Below, piece by piece: positions 46,376 through 57,156 of a stretch of DNA of 64,000 bases. The stretch is from Lama glama (taxonomy: Eukaryota), in assembly GCA_028534125.1 (NCBI GenBank), contig CM052841.1:67642001-67706000 (forward strand), given 5' to 3'. A model generated the notes under the pieces. The model ran no database searches, was not told the origin of the DNA, and saw nothing but the letters and a program-made list of their open reading frames with translations. Positions within the stretch are counted from its first letter, which is position 1; the number at the start of each line of letters is the position of its first letter. The translations under genes and the position numbers were made by a program.

Positions 46376-48380
46376 CCCCCATCCCCCCACTGAGACAGTT
46401 ACCCGCCTCGGTTAGAAGCAGAGAAGTGGGAGCTGGGGGCGGGAGGGCGGCCTATCTAGGTTAGCCGCAAATTCGCGACCTTGCCCCTCCCCATCCGCAC
46501 TGCACGTGTCCCGAGAGGGTGCTCGCCCCAGCCCGCGCGCACACCTCTGCCCTCAGCACGCACCTCAGGCGGCTGCTCCTCGCTGACGCCTGACCCACTT
46601 CCTCGCCCCCAGGTGTCGGCACCGGGACACTGCCCGTGTGTGGGGACGGTCATCCCCCACTGCGGCTGCGGTGCTTTGACCCGAGCAGGCAGGTGCCTGG
46701 GAGCCGCGTGATCGAATTTCTAGAGCCTTGTTGCTGCCCTGGGGCCTTCCGGATGGAGGAAGCCCCGGCGCCAGGCTGCGGAAGGCTCTGGAGCTGGGTC
46801 AGCAGAGGGGTCTGACCCACAGCCTCCCAGCTCCTCTGGTGCCGGGGTCACCTCGGGAAGTGTCCCTCTGGGGGGCAGCTCCGGCTCCAGGTGAAGGCTG
46901 TGGCCGCTTGTCCTGGCCCCAGGGCCGCTCCCACCGCCCCCTCTGACTTCCGCAGGGTTGACGGGGATCCATCCAGCCGTTCCTTCCATCTTTCAACCTT
47001 TCCTTGAGCAAATATGGATCTGGGGCTGACTCCTCGAAAGCCGACCACGAACAAGACAGGCAGAGTGACTGCGTGATGGGGCCAAGTCCACGCGGAGGTA
47101 GAGGCACCCAAACACTTAGGGCAGACGTCCACTCCGCAGGCGGCGAAGTCCGCAGGAAGCCTCGTGGGCCAGAAGGGCCTCTCTGATGGGCATCGGGGGG
47201 TGCTTTCCAAGGCAGGGCCAGGGTGGGGCGTCAAGCGTGGGCTGAGCAGCCCCAGACTTGCATTTCTGCATTCTGGCAGCCAGAGGGGAATGTGGGGAGG
47301 GGGAGCAGGCCGGCCACCTGGAACCATCCACGTGGTAGGGACGGCGGGGGCGGGGCTGGCCAGCCCTTTCGCCCCTCCAACCCGGGAGTGACCATGCCGA
47401 CCTCCCTGCTCACACGAGAGCCTGCGAAGCCCCGTTTTCTAGATCCTCCGAGATGTTCGTCCACGAGGGGGGCGGGGCGGGGCCTGGGGACCAGGGAGGG
47501 TGCATCTGAGGCAGACGGCCTAAGGACGCCAGTGGGGCACCTGGGTGAGGACTGCAGGACCCTCAGATGGGATGTGTCCCCAGCCTCCGGCCAGGCCCGC
47601 ACCAGACTCTCCAGCCAAAGTCGCTTCGTTGGGGAGACGTGAGAGGCAAAGCGCAGGCAAGAGGCCCTGGCCCCCGGGCACTCCGCTTCTGGGCGCGGCC
47701 CCAGGGAGAGCAAGCAACGCCCCAGGGGTCTTACAGGGGCTCTGAGAGCCCGAGGAGAGGGGCTGCTCTGCCTGCGCAGAGCCAATTGAGAACCAACACG
47801 CTCCCCCCCAGGGATGTGCTGTGCGGGAAGAGGCGTGATTAAGGCCCGAGCAGCTGTCAGAGGCGTGTGCAGCCCAGGAAGCCAGGGTTCTAATTAGTAA
47901 TTAGGCCCTCTCTGCAGAGCCACGCCAAGCAGACAAGGACACCCTGACCTGAGTCCCGAGAGGCAAGGGGACGCAGCCTGTCTGATTTTCGGAAACAGTA
48001 ACGGCTTCTGTCAAAGCTGCTTGAATGAAAGGACGGCGGGGAGGCTCGGCCAGGAGGAGGGCCCAGGTCTCTGCTCCCGAACCCGCCAGGGCCTGGAGCC
48101 GCAGAGTTGGTGGCTTTTCTGGGGCGAGCACACGGCCAGCACAGTGACGAGCTGTCTGGAAGGGGCGCAGAGCATTGCAAAGACCTCCCTGGTCCACAGG
48201 ACAGGCGAGCTGGGAGACAGGGCCGGCGGCACGCCCGCCCGACTCCAGGGAAGGGAGAGATCCTGGGCCAGCAGCCCCGATGCTGGGCGGCCCCCCAGAA
48301 CCCCAGGGGTGAGCTGCCCTGCCCTGTGCCACCAAATCTTAGAACTTTGCAGCTGGCCTGCCCTGGAGACCAACTTCCCC

Positions 48381-48883
48381 TACAGGGAAAAGAATGTGGG
48401 GCGAGAGGAGGGCCGTGTCCCAGGTCCCGCCGCGTCCCCGGGACACACCCGCCACGTGAGGGCCCCTGGCCTCCCACAGGAAGCAGCTCATCAGTGAGCC
48501 ACAGCTGAGTGGAAGGGGGCTCACTCAGAGATGCACGCTCCGTACACGGGGTGCAGGCCGGCTCACTCAGCCGGGGCGCCGCCGGGAGGCGCGGGGAGAC
48601 TGGATTTATGGGCTTGGTAGCTTCAGATGCTGACAAGTGGGGGTTATCGCAGCTGCTTTGGGGAGGAGTGGGGAGTCCCGGGGACGGGGCTGCCCCTGCC
48701 CCTGGGCCGTTTCCGGTCAGCCCAGCGCAGCCCTGGCCCCGGAGGGGACCCGTTAGCAGCTGCTGTGTTTCAGCAAGCCTGTGCTGGAGCACAAGGCTAC
48801 TGGGCGTGGAACCTTCCACCACCTTCGGGCCAATGGCTGTCATTCCTTTAATGGCTGCGCCCTGCCCCCTCCCTCCTGCCTCA
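48381..48883 (-). mobile_element. ERV1 solo LTR, MER41-like (copy C, more divergent)
   Basis: Same architecture as copies A and B (gccacgtgaggg..cctggc..ccc.caggaag; ends atggctgtcattcctttaatggctgcgccctgccccctccctcctgcctca). Confidence 0.7.
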
Positions 48884-49296
48884 CCCCAGCCTCCTGGTTC
48901 CCAAAGAGGGTAGCTGAGGCCAAGAGCGGCGTGAGCGGGTCGTGCAGGGGCTGGTGGCCGAGCCGGGACGAGGGCCTGGGGCTGCTGGTTCTCTGCCTGA
49001 GACTCCCATGAGGTGCTAATAGTCGTGAGCGCTTACTAAGACACAGAGTGAGTTCCTTCCATGGGACTTCTGTGGCTTTTAAAAAGCCCGAAGTCACGAT
49101 GTCTGGAACCCAGTCTAGAGGACGCTGGCTGCAGTATCCCGAGGGGGCGCCCTCACTTCCGCTACCGCCCCGCCCACAGACCCCCAGCGCCACCACTCCC
49201 CCCGCCCCCGGCCCCGGCTCTCTCAGCTCCCTCTGCCCGGCGGGGTGATGGTTCCCGGGCAATAAGGCCGTCCCCAGCCGGGCTGCAAGCACCTGG

Positions 49297-49899
49297 TGTT
49301 GCCGACAGTGACAGCGGTGGCCGGTGTCTGGGTCCTTGTCCCGCCCCAGAAGGAATTCAGAGGCAAGGCTCGGCGGTTAAGAAAGTAAAAGGATTATTAA
49401 GGGATGGACGGCACACTCTCGGGGGAGCGGCTGTCCTGAGCTTCTTTGGCAAGTTGGTACACAGGGTGTAAAATGAATGGGCGGAATATTCACTGGGGAG
49501 GGAATGGCTTGGGGTCGGTTCCCTGACTTTCTTCCCAACACCCTCTTCCCAAAGGGAGGAGGGATTTCTGTCCTCATTCAGTCTGGGTCGGAAGTGCCGT
49601 GGCGTCGGTGCGTGCCGGGTGCCTGCGAGCTGCAAGGCTGGTTTTATTGAGATGAGGGTGTAATGAGCAAAAGGTCACATTCGGACCCTGGAGATTCCTG
49701 CCTTTTCTCGCCTTCCTTTGTTGGCTCCGGCCAGTCTTCACCCCAAAGCTATGGCCAGTTACCAGCCCAGGGGTTCCTGCTTTCCCTTCTCTGCCCAGGG
49801 ACCCCGGTGCTCACATGACGTGTGGTTTCCTGTGTGTGGCCGGGGCCCCTCCTTTCTGCCCATTCCTGCCGCTTGGCCCGCGTCCTCCCTTCTCCGTCA
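49297..49899 (-). mobile_element. ERV1-type solo LTR (different family)
   Basis: Begins tgttgccga, contains gggtccttgtcc...aggaattcagaggcaag...aaagtaaaaggattattaa (antisense U5 and decayed poly(A) signal) and ends in ...tca. Boundaries approximate. Confidence 0.6.
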
Positions 49900-50194
49900 C
49901 ACCCAGCTGTCTGCTCTGACGCAGGACAGGTCGCGTGTAGCTGTTTTGCCTCCACCTCGGCCGGGCCCCCTGCCCATCACGTGGTCTTCAGGTTCCCAGG
50001 CACAGAGCGGGAGACCGGGGCCCGGAGAAGTTACCACTCTGCCTCCACCCCGCAGACGTGGCTCAGCTCGGACTCAGCTCACGGTCCCTCTGACTCCGAC
50101 ATGTGATGGTGACCATGACCGTGAACAGGCCCCACGAACCGGGGGATGCTGGCTACCCGCACGAAGTGTGCTGCAGACTCACACCCACGGTGTC

Positions 50195-50235
50195 CACACA
50201 CACACTCACACACACACACACACACACACACTCAC
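50195..50235 (+). repeat. (CA)n microsatellite
   Basis: Seen directly. Confidence 0.92.
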
Positions 50236-50640
50236 ATCTGCGGGCGCCTCTTCCCAACAGCTCATCCTGGGGCGTAACTGCTCCCCAAGGTGCCAGAAAT
50301 AAAGTGAAGAACTTCCCGTGAGCGGCTGCGATGCTGAAGAGACCTGTTCCAAATGGGGAAGAGTTGGCCGCCCAGGGCCTCCGCCCCCGCTGTTGAAGTG
50401 GAATCTGCTGACGCACCAGAGGAACAGAAATAAAACGACTGCGAGTGAGAACGAGAGCAGGTAACGAGCACACGGCAGCAGCTGCACCGCGGCGGCGGCC
50501 AGGGGGCGGCGCGCGGGTGATGCTGGGTGGGGGCTCGGCCACGCGGTGGCTTCACGGGGCCTTGGGACAGGCACCTCCTGGGACCCTCCGAGGCACCGGC
50601 CACAGCCGTCTTTGAGGCCTCAGACCCACGTCAGCCAGTC

Positions 50641-51088
50641 TGAGACAGGACAACGTGGGGGAGGGCGCGGCGTGTCCCAGGGCCCGGCCCCGCCACGTGA
50701 GGGTCCTTGGCTTCCCGCAGGAAGGCGTCCGGGAGCCAGCCGCAGTCCAGTGGGGGTGGATTTACTCAGAGACACACGCTCCACAGACAGAGCGCAGCCT
50801 CCCAGAGACCAGAGAGGGGTCCGTGCAGAGCGGGGGCTGGCGTTTATGGGCTGAGGACCGTTGTAGGCTGACAGGTGCGGGGGCGGGGATCCCCAGGAGT
50901 CGGGCTGCCGCCGCCCATGTCCTGGCCTCTCCTGGTCGGCCCGGGCCGTCCTGGCGCCCGTGGGGGCCTGTCCCACGCTGACGTAGTGCAGTGAGCGCAT
51001 CGTGCAGCTCAGGGTCACAGGGAGTCGCCGCTCCCGTTGCTGTGTCACTCCCTGAGTGGCTGTGCCCTGCCCCTCCCGCCTGTCTCCA
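50641..51088 (-). mobile_element. ERV1 solo LTR, MER41-like (copy B)
   Basis: Near-identical core to copy A at 9429-9889. Confidence 0.75.
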
Positions 51089-51124
51089 GGCCACCACCAG
51101 CACGCGCTGCAGAGCGCTCGGGGC

Positions 51125-51460
51125 TGGGTGGCTCGGTTGTTGTAACAGACCGGGCGGCTCAAACAACAGGCTTTTGGGGCCTCGCATCCTGGAGGCTGGA
51201 TGTCCAGGACCCAGGTGACGGCGGCCTGTCTCCTGGGCTTGCAGACGGCCGCCTTCTCCCTGTGTCCTCGCGTGCTCGCCCCTCTGCGCCCGTCTGTGTC
51301 CACGTCTCCCCCTTTGTAGACGGGCCGGATCAGGCCCCACGCTAATGGCCTTTAAGTCGATGACCTCTGTAAAGACCCTGCCTCCCGACGCAGGCACTTC
51401 CTGAGGTCCTGGGGGTCGGGGCTGCAGCCCATGAAGTTTAGGGGGACACGGCTCAGCCCC
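51125..51460 (-). mobile_element. MLT1A-like (ERVL-MaLR) LTR
   Basis: cagaccgggcggctcaaacaacagg...ctggaggctggatgtccagga...ctcctgggcttgcagacggccgccttctccctgtgtcctc...gggggacacggctcagccc. Confidence 0.85.
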
Positions 51461-52499
51461 ACTGCTCCCCTCACCCTGCCTTTCCTAGGCCCCCCAGTCC
51501 TCTCACTCACGTGATAAACGTCACCCACGCCTCTTGCGTGTGGCGCTGGACGGGCAGCCGTGGCCCGCAGGTGCCCCGCCTCTGGTGGACGTGAGAGCGG
51601 AGGACGGCTGCGCCACAGCAGGGTCGGAGCCAGCCCGCCCCGTCGGCCATGCAGCCCTGGGGCGCCACCCCTTCGGGACTGGCCTGTAGCGAGCTCTTTG
51701 AATGTTCGTTAATTCAGGATTGCATCCCTGGGCAGCTGCTAGCAGGACCAGTCTGCCCCTCGGGCAGTTCACAGGCACCAGGACAAAGGGGGCAGCTCCA
51801 AGACCTGAGAGCAAGGTGGGTGCTGAGCCCCGGGGAGCAGAGCTGGCAGCCGCCCTTGCTGCCCCAGAGCCTCGGGGGAGGACACATGCTGCACGTGGAG
51901 GATGATCTACAGCATGTGCCCTTGGACCCAGCACCCAGCCCCTCGAAGGGCATCTCAGGAGATTGTCGGACGAAGGCACAAGGGTGTGATGGGGGACAAC
52001 CCCCAAATTCTGGGGGCTTCTCCCAACACAAAATCCACGCAGCCTCTCAGGGACCCAGGCCTCCGGCCTCAGGGCTCCACCCTCCTTGGTACAGCCAGCA
52101 AGAGAGGGCGGGGGCCGCCCGTGGGCTTATGGCTGACCTGGAAGTGGAACGCATCGCCTCACCCCCGCCCCGAGTCCGGCTGGCCAGACTCCTGCACGCC
52201 GTCACACCCGACCCAAGGATGCCGGGGAGGTGGTTGCATGTGCCCTGGAGGAGGAGCGCACGGGTAGAGGACCAGCCACCCCTGACGTGACAGTCACGTG
52301 AAGTCTGTCTAGACTAATTTGACGTTAACCCCAACTGGAGCGTCCAGTGAACCAAGCATCTAGTGGCGGCATCAGACGCTCATCCGACATCCATTTACTC
52401 CTCAGTCTCCAGGACCCCACCCTGTGGGAGACACAACCCAAGCCCTAAAAGTGTAGGTGTTTACACCCACAGGCATAAGTAGCATGCAGAGATACAGGA

Positions 52500-53598
52500 G
52501 GAGCTTCACAAAAACATACGTGCATCTACATTTCCTTTGGCAACTGTCCCTTCGAGAGATGGAGCTCATCTCCGTCCCCTCGATGCAGGCTGGCCTTGGG
52601 GACCAGTGGTCTAAGGAGCTGAACGTGGATGATGTGACGGAGAGGACTCCTGAGACGTGGCTGGAAATGGAGTTGCAGCCTCCTCCTTTTTAAAAGAAAA
52701 ATATATATATATTATTGAAGTCCGTTTATTTACACGTTGTGTTGATTTCTAGTGCACAGCAAAGTGATCCAGTTCCACGTGCAGATACATACTACACATA
52801 TGTTATTTTTCATATTTTTCCCTTGTGGTTTATTGTAGGACTTTCAGTGTGGCTCCCTGTGCTCTGCAGCAGGACCGTGCTGTTTATCTGTCTTATATAC
52901 AATAGTTTGTGTCTGCAAATCCCAAGCTACTGATTCATCCCTCCCCACCCCTTCTCCCCGGTGGCAACCGGGAGCTTATTTTCCATATCTGTGAGCGGGT
53001 TTCTGTTTTGTACATAGATTCAGTTGTGTCATATTTTAGATTCCACATGTAAGTGATACTTGCCTTTCTCTGCCTGGCTTACCTCACTTATGTGACAATC
53101 TCTCGGTCCATCCACGTTGTGGCAAATGGCATTATTTTGCTGACTTTTATGGCTGAGGAGTATCCCGTTGTGTGTATATAACCAGACCTTCTTTACCCAG
53201 CCGTCTGTCGGCGGACATGTAGGCGCCCCCACGCCTCGGCTGCTGTAAATCATGCTGCACTGGTTCTTTTTTTGCATCTCCTCCTTGATTCCTCTCTTGG
53301 ACCGTTCATGCTTGGGAGGCCACCTGCCCTGGGCTGAGTTCAGCTGAACAGCCCTACTGAGAGGCCCCCGCCACGTGGTGCGCCATCTTGGAAGCGGCTT
53401 CCCAGCCCTGGCCAGGCCTTCGCATGGTGCAGCCCGGCTGCCACCTTGACTGCAGCCTCGGGAGAGACAGGAGGCAGAAGCCTTCCTTTAAGCTGCTGTT
53501 GAATTCGTGTCCCACAGAAACTGCGAGATGGGGGATGTCTGTCGTTAGAGCCTCCACATTTTGGGGTAACTTGTTACACAGCAGTAGGTGACTAACAC
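52500..53598 (+). mobile_element. MLT1 (ERVL-MaLR) LTR split by an L1 insertion
   Basis: 5' part gagatggagctcatctcc..ccct..atgcaggctggccttgggac; 3' part gccatcttggaagcgg...ccttgactgcagcctc...cccacagaaactgcgagat...ttttggggtaacttgttacacagcagtaggtgactaaca. Confidence 0.8.
52689..53271 (-). mobile_element. L1 LINE 3' end with target-site duplication
   Basis: Same family as 17490-18175; flanked by TTGCAGCCTCCTCCTT (52673-52688) and TTGCATCTCCTCCTT (53272-53286). Confidence 0.88.
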
Positions 53599-56111
53599 CA
53601 TCTTTGCAAAGTGAAGGGCCAAGACTCTGACTCTGCCGTGCCCTCTCTCGTCTCTGTGTCCACACAGAGCAGAATTCTGAGAACCCCCTGGCTGGACTCA
53701 GGGAGTCAACTGACCAGCTGGGTGTAAAACCCAGCCACAGTCTTGCAGGGCCTCTCGGGGCAGGTCTGTGGCACCAGGGTCTCCCCAGCTCTCCAGCCGG
53801 CACCTTCCGAGGCCCTCAGTCTGAACATGGGTCTCGGGGAATCATCGTAGCTATGGCTTCTCACGTCTGAGCCAGCGAGAGCCCTCAACACATCCTCACG
53901 GGACAAGCAGAGAAACGCAGGTATGAAGGCGCCCCTCTGTTCTGTAAGCTTCTATGACTAATACGCATGACCTTTAAAACTGGGGCAACAAAGTATCTAA
54001 AAGCGAGTGGGCTGATCCAGCGATGCCACACGAGCAGGAGACTCTGTGGCATGGCAGCTCCGAGCACTGGCTCCCAGGAGCCGCCTGGAGAGCCGGGCCC
54101 TGTCCGTGCCGCCAGCTCCTCCCCGACCCCCGCTGACTCCTGGCATGCGGCTTGTTTTCCTGCAGTCCTTAGGGGGATCGGAAATTGGCTCAAGAGCCAG
54201 TGAGTCCATGTGGACTGGGAACGGCTAAAACGCTGTTAATGGAGCTGGATGGAGACTGTCCGCCCATCCCTGGACCGTCCCCCCTGCTAATGGGCCTTTC
54301 TGGAAAGGCCACTCAGGGCTGGTCCCGATGCCCCATGATGGGCCAGTCAGGTGCTTAATGGCCTGAGGCCACAGTGTGTTTAAGAACCACTTTCCCAGAC
54401 TCGTTTCCCTTGCTGGCCTGCCTGGTCCACGGCCTTGCTCTGAGAGGTGGAGGGAAGGAGGCGGGCAGAAGCACCCGGTGGCGGCCTGGAGCCTGATCAG
54501 CCTGCCCCACTCACCTGCCACGGCCCTGAGCAGGGACAGTGGCGGTGCAGGGCAGGGCGGGCAGCGTCACCAGGGACCTGGGCTGGTCACTGCCCGGGAA
54601 GAACCCCAGGCCCACCTTTCACGTCCTGATCTCTTCGTCCTCCGAGACATGAGGCTGTGGGCTCTGGAGACGCCCTGTGAGGGATGGTCCAGGGGCCGGC
54701 TTGGGGGCCAGACACAGCGATGTGAAAATGATAGATGCACCCCCAGGTGCTCCCCAGCTTTGGGTGGGGCTGGAGGGGGTGGCGGCGAAGGAGCCCAGCC
54801 CAGGGAGAACGGTGACTTTGAGGGGAAAGCGTCGCCATGCTGCCCCCATCACTGCCCCTCCTGGGGCGGAGCCGGTGGAGGGACTGGGCGGCTCGTGTCC
54901 TGAGCCTGGGGTCCCTCCACGAGAACACTGGGGGCAACACAGCCCTCTCGGAGCTGCCCGAGGACGGGAGGAGATGGCACTGAACACAGCAGAGCCCCTC
55001 CACCCAGGCTGGGCATCAGTTTAAAGAGACAGGCTGAAGCGCTGCTCAGCGGTGCTGACTGCGACCCCCGCCCCAACCCTGATGGGCACTCAGCCCCGCG
55101 CTCACCCCGGCGAGTCGGGCTGGAGGACTGGGCCGGCCTCCGAGCACCCGGCTCTCCGGCCCGGGGTTTCTCCACCACGGCGAGAAAGAGAACAACTCCC
55201 TCAATTTATAAAAAGCGTGTCCGTGGGCAGGAGGCGGCCAGGCGTGGGCAGCGCTGACAGCTCGTGGGACGAGGACCGGGAGGACGCGCGGCCCGCCCGC
55301 CGGACCCGCGCTCAAGGGCGCCCGACGCGCAGCCCCAGCACGACCGGCCGGTCCAGGGACCCCGTCGCCCGACTGACCGAGGCAGGAGGGGCTGCGGGGA
55401 GCCACATGCTTTTCCTAGCGCTGCCTCCTCCGTATTCCAGTTTTTCACAGGGCTAAATTCGGCTTCCTTTTCCTTAAAAAGTAAAAAAGGAGACGTACTT
55501 GGGCCAAGTCTCTGTTACGCACATTCTCTCATAGCCGACCTCAAAGCTGTGCTTCTCAAAAAGCAAACTGCTCTGCACAGGAGGTCGGTGATGAGAAAGG
55601 GGAAGCGAGGGCCGATTCCAGCACAGCCTCGGCGGCACGACTTGTCCCCCCGCCCCCGGGTCCCCCCCATGCGGGCACAAGGGACGCCGCCGCATCCCAG
55701 CTCCAGCGCAGCGGCCCTGCCCGGTGCGGAGCCCGCCCCGCCCTCCCGCCCCAGCGCAGAGGCGAGGTCACCCTGCAGTTCGTCGCCACGTTTGATTCTG
55801 CGACGCGAAACGAGCTGGCATCCTGCCAGCCTAGCGGGCAGAAAGTGGGCCGGGCCCTCACCCACCGGCTTTCACTTGATAATTGTGCCAAATCAGACGC
55901 TTGCCGTCTGTCCTAGAGGGACATGAGGGCCACGTGGAGGTGAGCTGTGGGAAGCCAAGCCTCCAGCCACGCCAGAGGGCACTCCGGGCCTCTGGGGGCC
56001 TCCTGGGCCTGGACCGTGTCTGATGAGGAGGGCACGTGAGTTGGGACCCAGTCTGGGAAGGCAGTGGGAAATGATCGTCTCAGAGCCCCTGGGACTCAGT
56101 GTCTCGCTGAC

Positions 56112-56175
56112 GTTGCCCAGCGCGGCCCAGAGAGGTAAGGCAATCTCCTAGAGGTCACACAGCAGCTGTGCAGTT
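56112..56175 (-). mobile_element. MIR SINE fragment
   Basis: ggcccagagaggtaaggcaatctcctagaggtcacacagc. Confidence 0.65.
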
Positions 56176-57126
56176 GAGGGGAGGCCCGCTGCCAGGCCCC
56201 CGTCCCGCTCTTCCCAGTACATCTCAGGACCCTCTGGGTCCGGATGCAGAGACTAAAGGCACACGTGGGACCCGGGACAGAGTCCTCTGACTCCCGCCTC
56301 GTCTGCAGGACCCGGAGGGCTCCGTCGTGTGAAAGGTCAGGCCTCGGCGCCTCTGCTGATGGCTGACTTTCAGTCGCCTCCCAGAGTTTCTGCATCTGTC
56401 AGAGGGGAGCTGGTGGCTGCCAGCGCGGGGTGAAATGTGGACGTGGAGATGCTCGGTGAGCCAGTGCGGCTGACACATTCTAAATCCTCCTGATTCTGAG
56501 CGTGGCCCAACTCCAGCACGGCTCTCCTGGGTGTAGACGTGGCCACTGCCACCCGCAGCTCTGCTCTCTGGTAAGGACAGAGGGGTGCAGGCGGGGTGTC
56601 AGTCTGGGACGGGCCTGAGGCAAAGCCGGGCCAGGCAGGGAGGCTGGGAGGGCCAGGCAGGGGGTTTGGACGCCTGGCTTGCCCGCCCAAAGGCCACCTT
56701 CTCCCAGGAGCCTGCCCGGACTCCCTGCGTGCTGGCCTCCCCACCAGCCTTCTTTCGCTCTCCTGGGGGCCTCCCCACACCTGTGAGTTGCAACCCCAGG
56801 ACTTCGGACCGTCTCTCTGCCTGCTTCCTGCTTAGGCTCTGCTGCCCGGAGACTCTTGCCCTCGAGGGAGGCGGGGGTGGAGAGGGGAGGGCGGGGGCTG
56901 CCCTGCCTCCTGTGGTGCCTGCTTCTCCTGCTGCCACCAGTGTCCCGTGCAGGACCTGGTCCTCCCTGTGCTCAGGGCGCCTGGGCGTCTCCTGCAGGAG
57001 CCGGGGCTCCCGCGCCTGCTCTCCATTCCTGGTCCTCCTTAGCCACTTGACCGGGAGCCTGGGAGGGTGCAGGCTGGGTCTGATCCGTTCCCATGTTCAT
57101 CCACTGATCACATGTGAATGAACGAA

Positions 57127-57156
57127 CAGACGGACGGACGGACGGACGGACGGACG
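57127..57156 (+). repeat. (GGAC)n tetranucleotide microsatellite
   Basis: cagacggacggacggacggacggacggacg. Confidence 0.9.

Noticed and set aside
48381-51088. Provirus bounded by two MER41-like LTRs
   Set aside because: The two LTRs are too divergent from each other, and no primer-binding site or internal ERV coding sequence is recognisable; the interval holds a different LTR and unique DNA.
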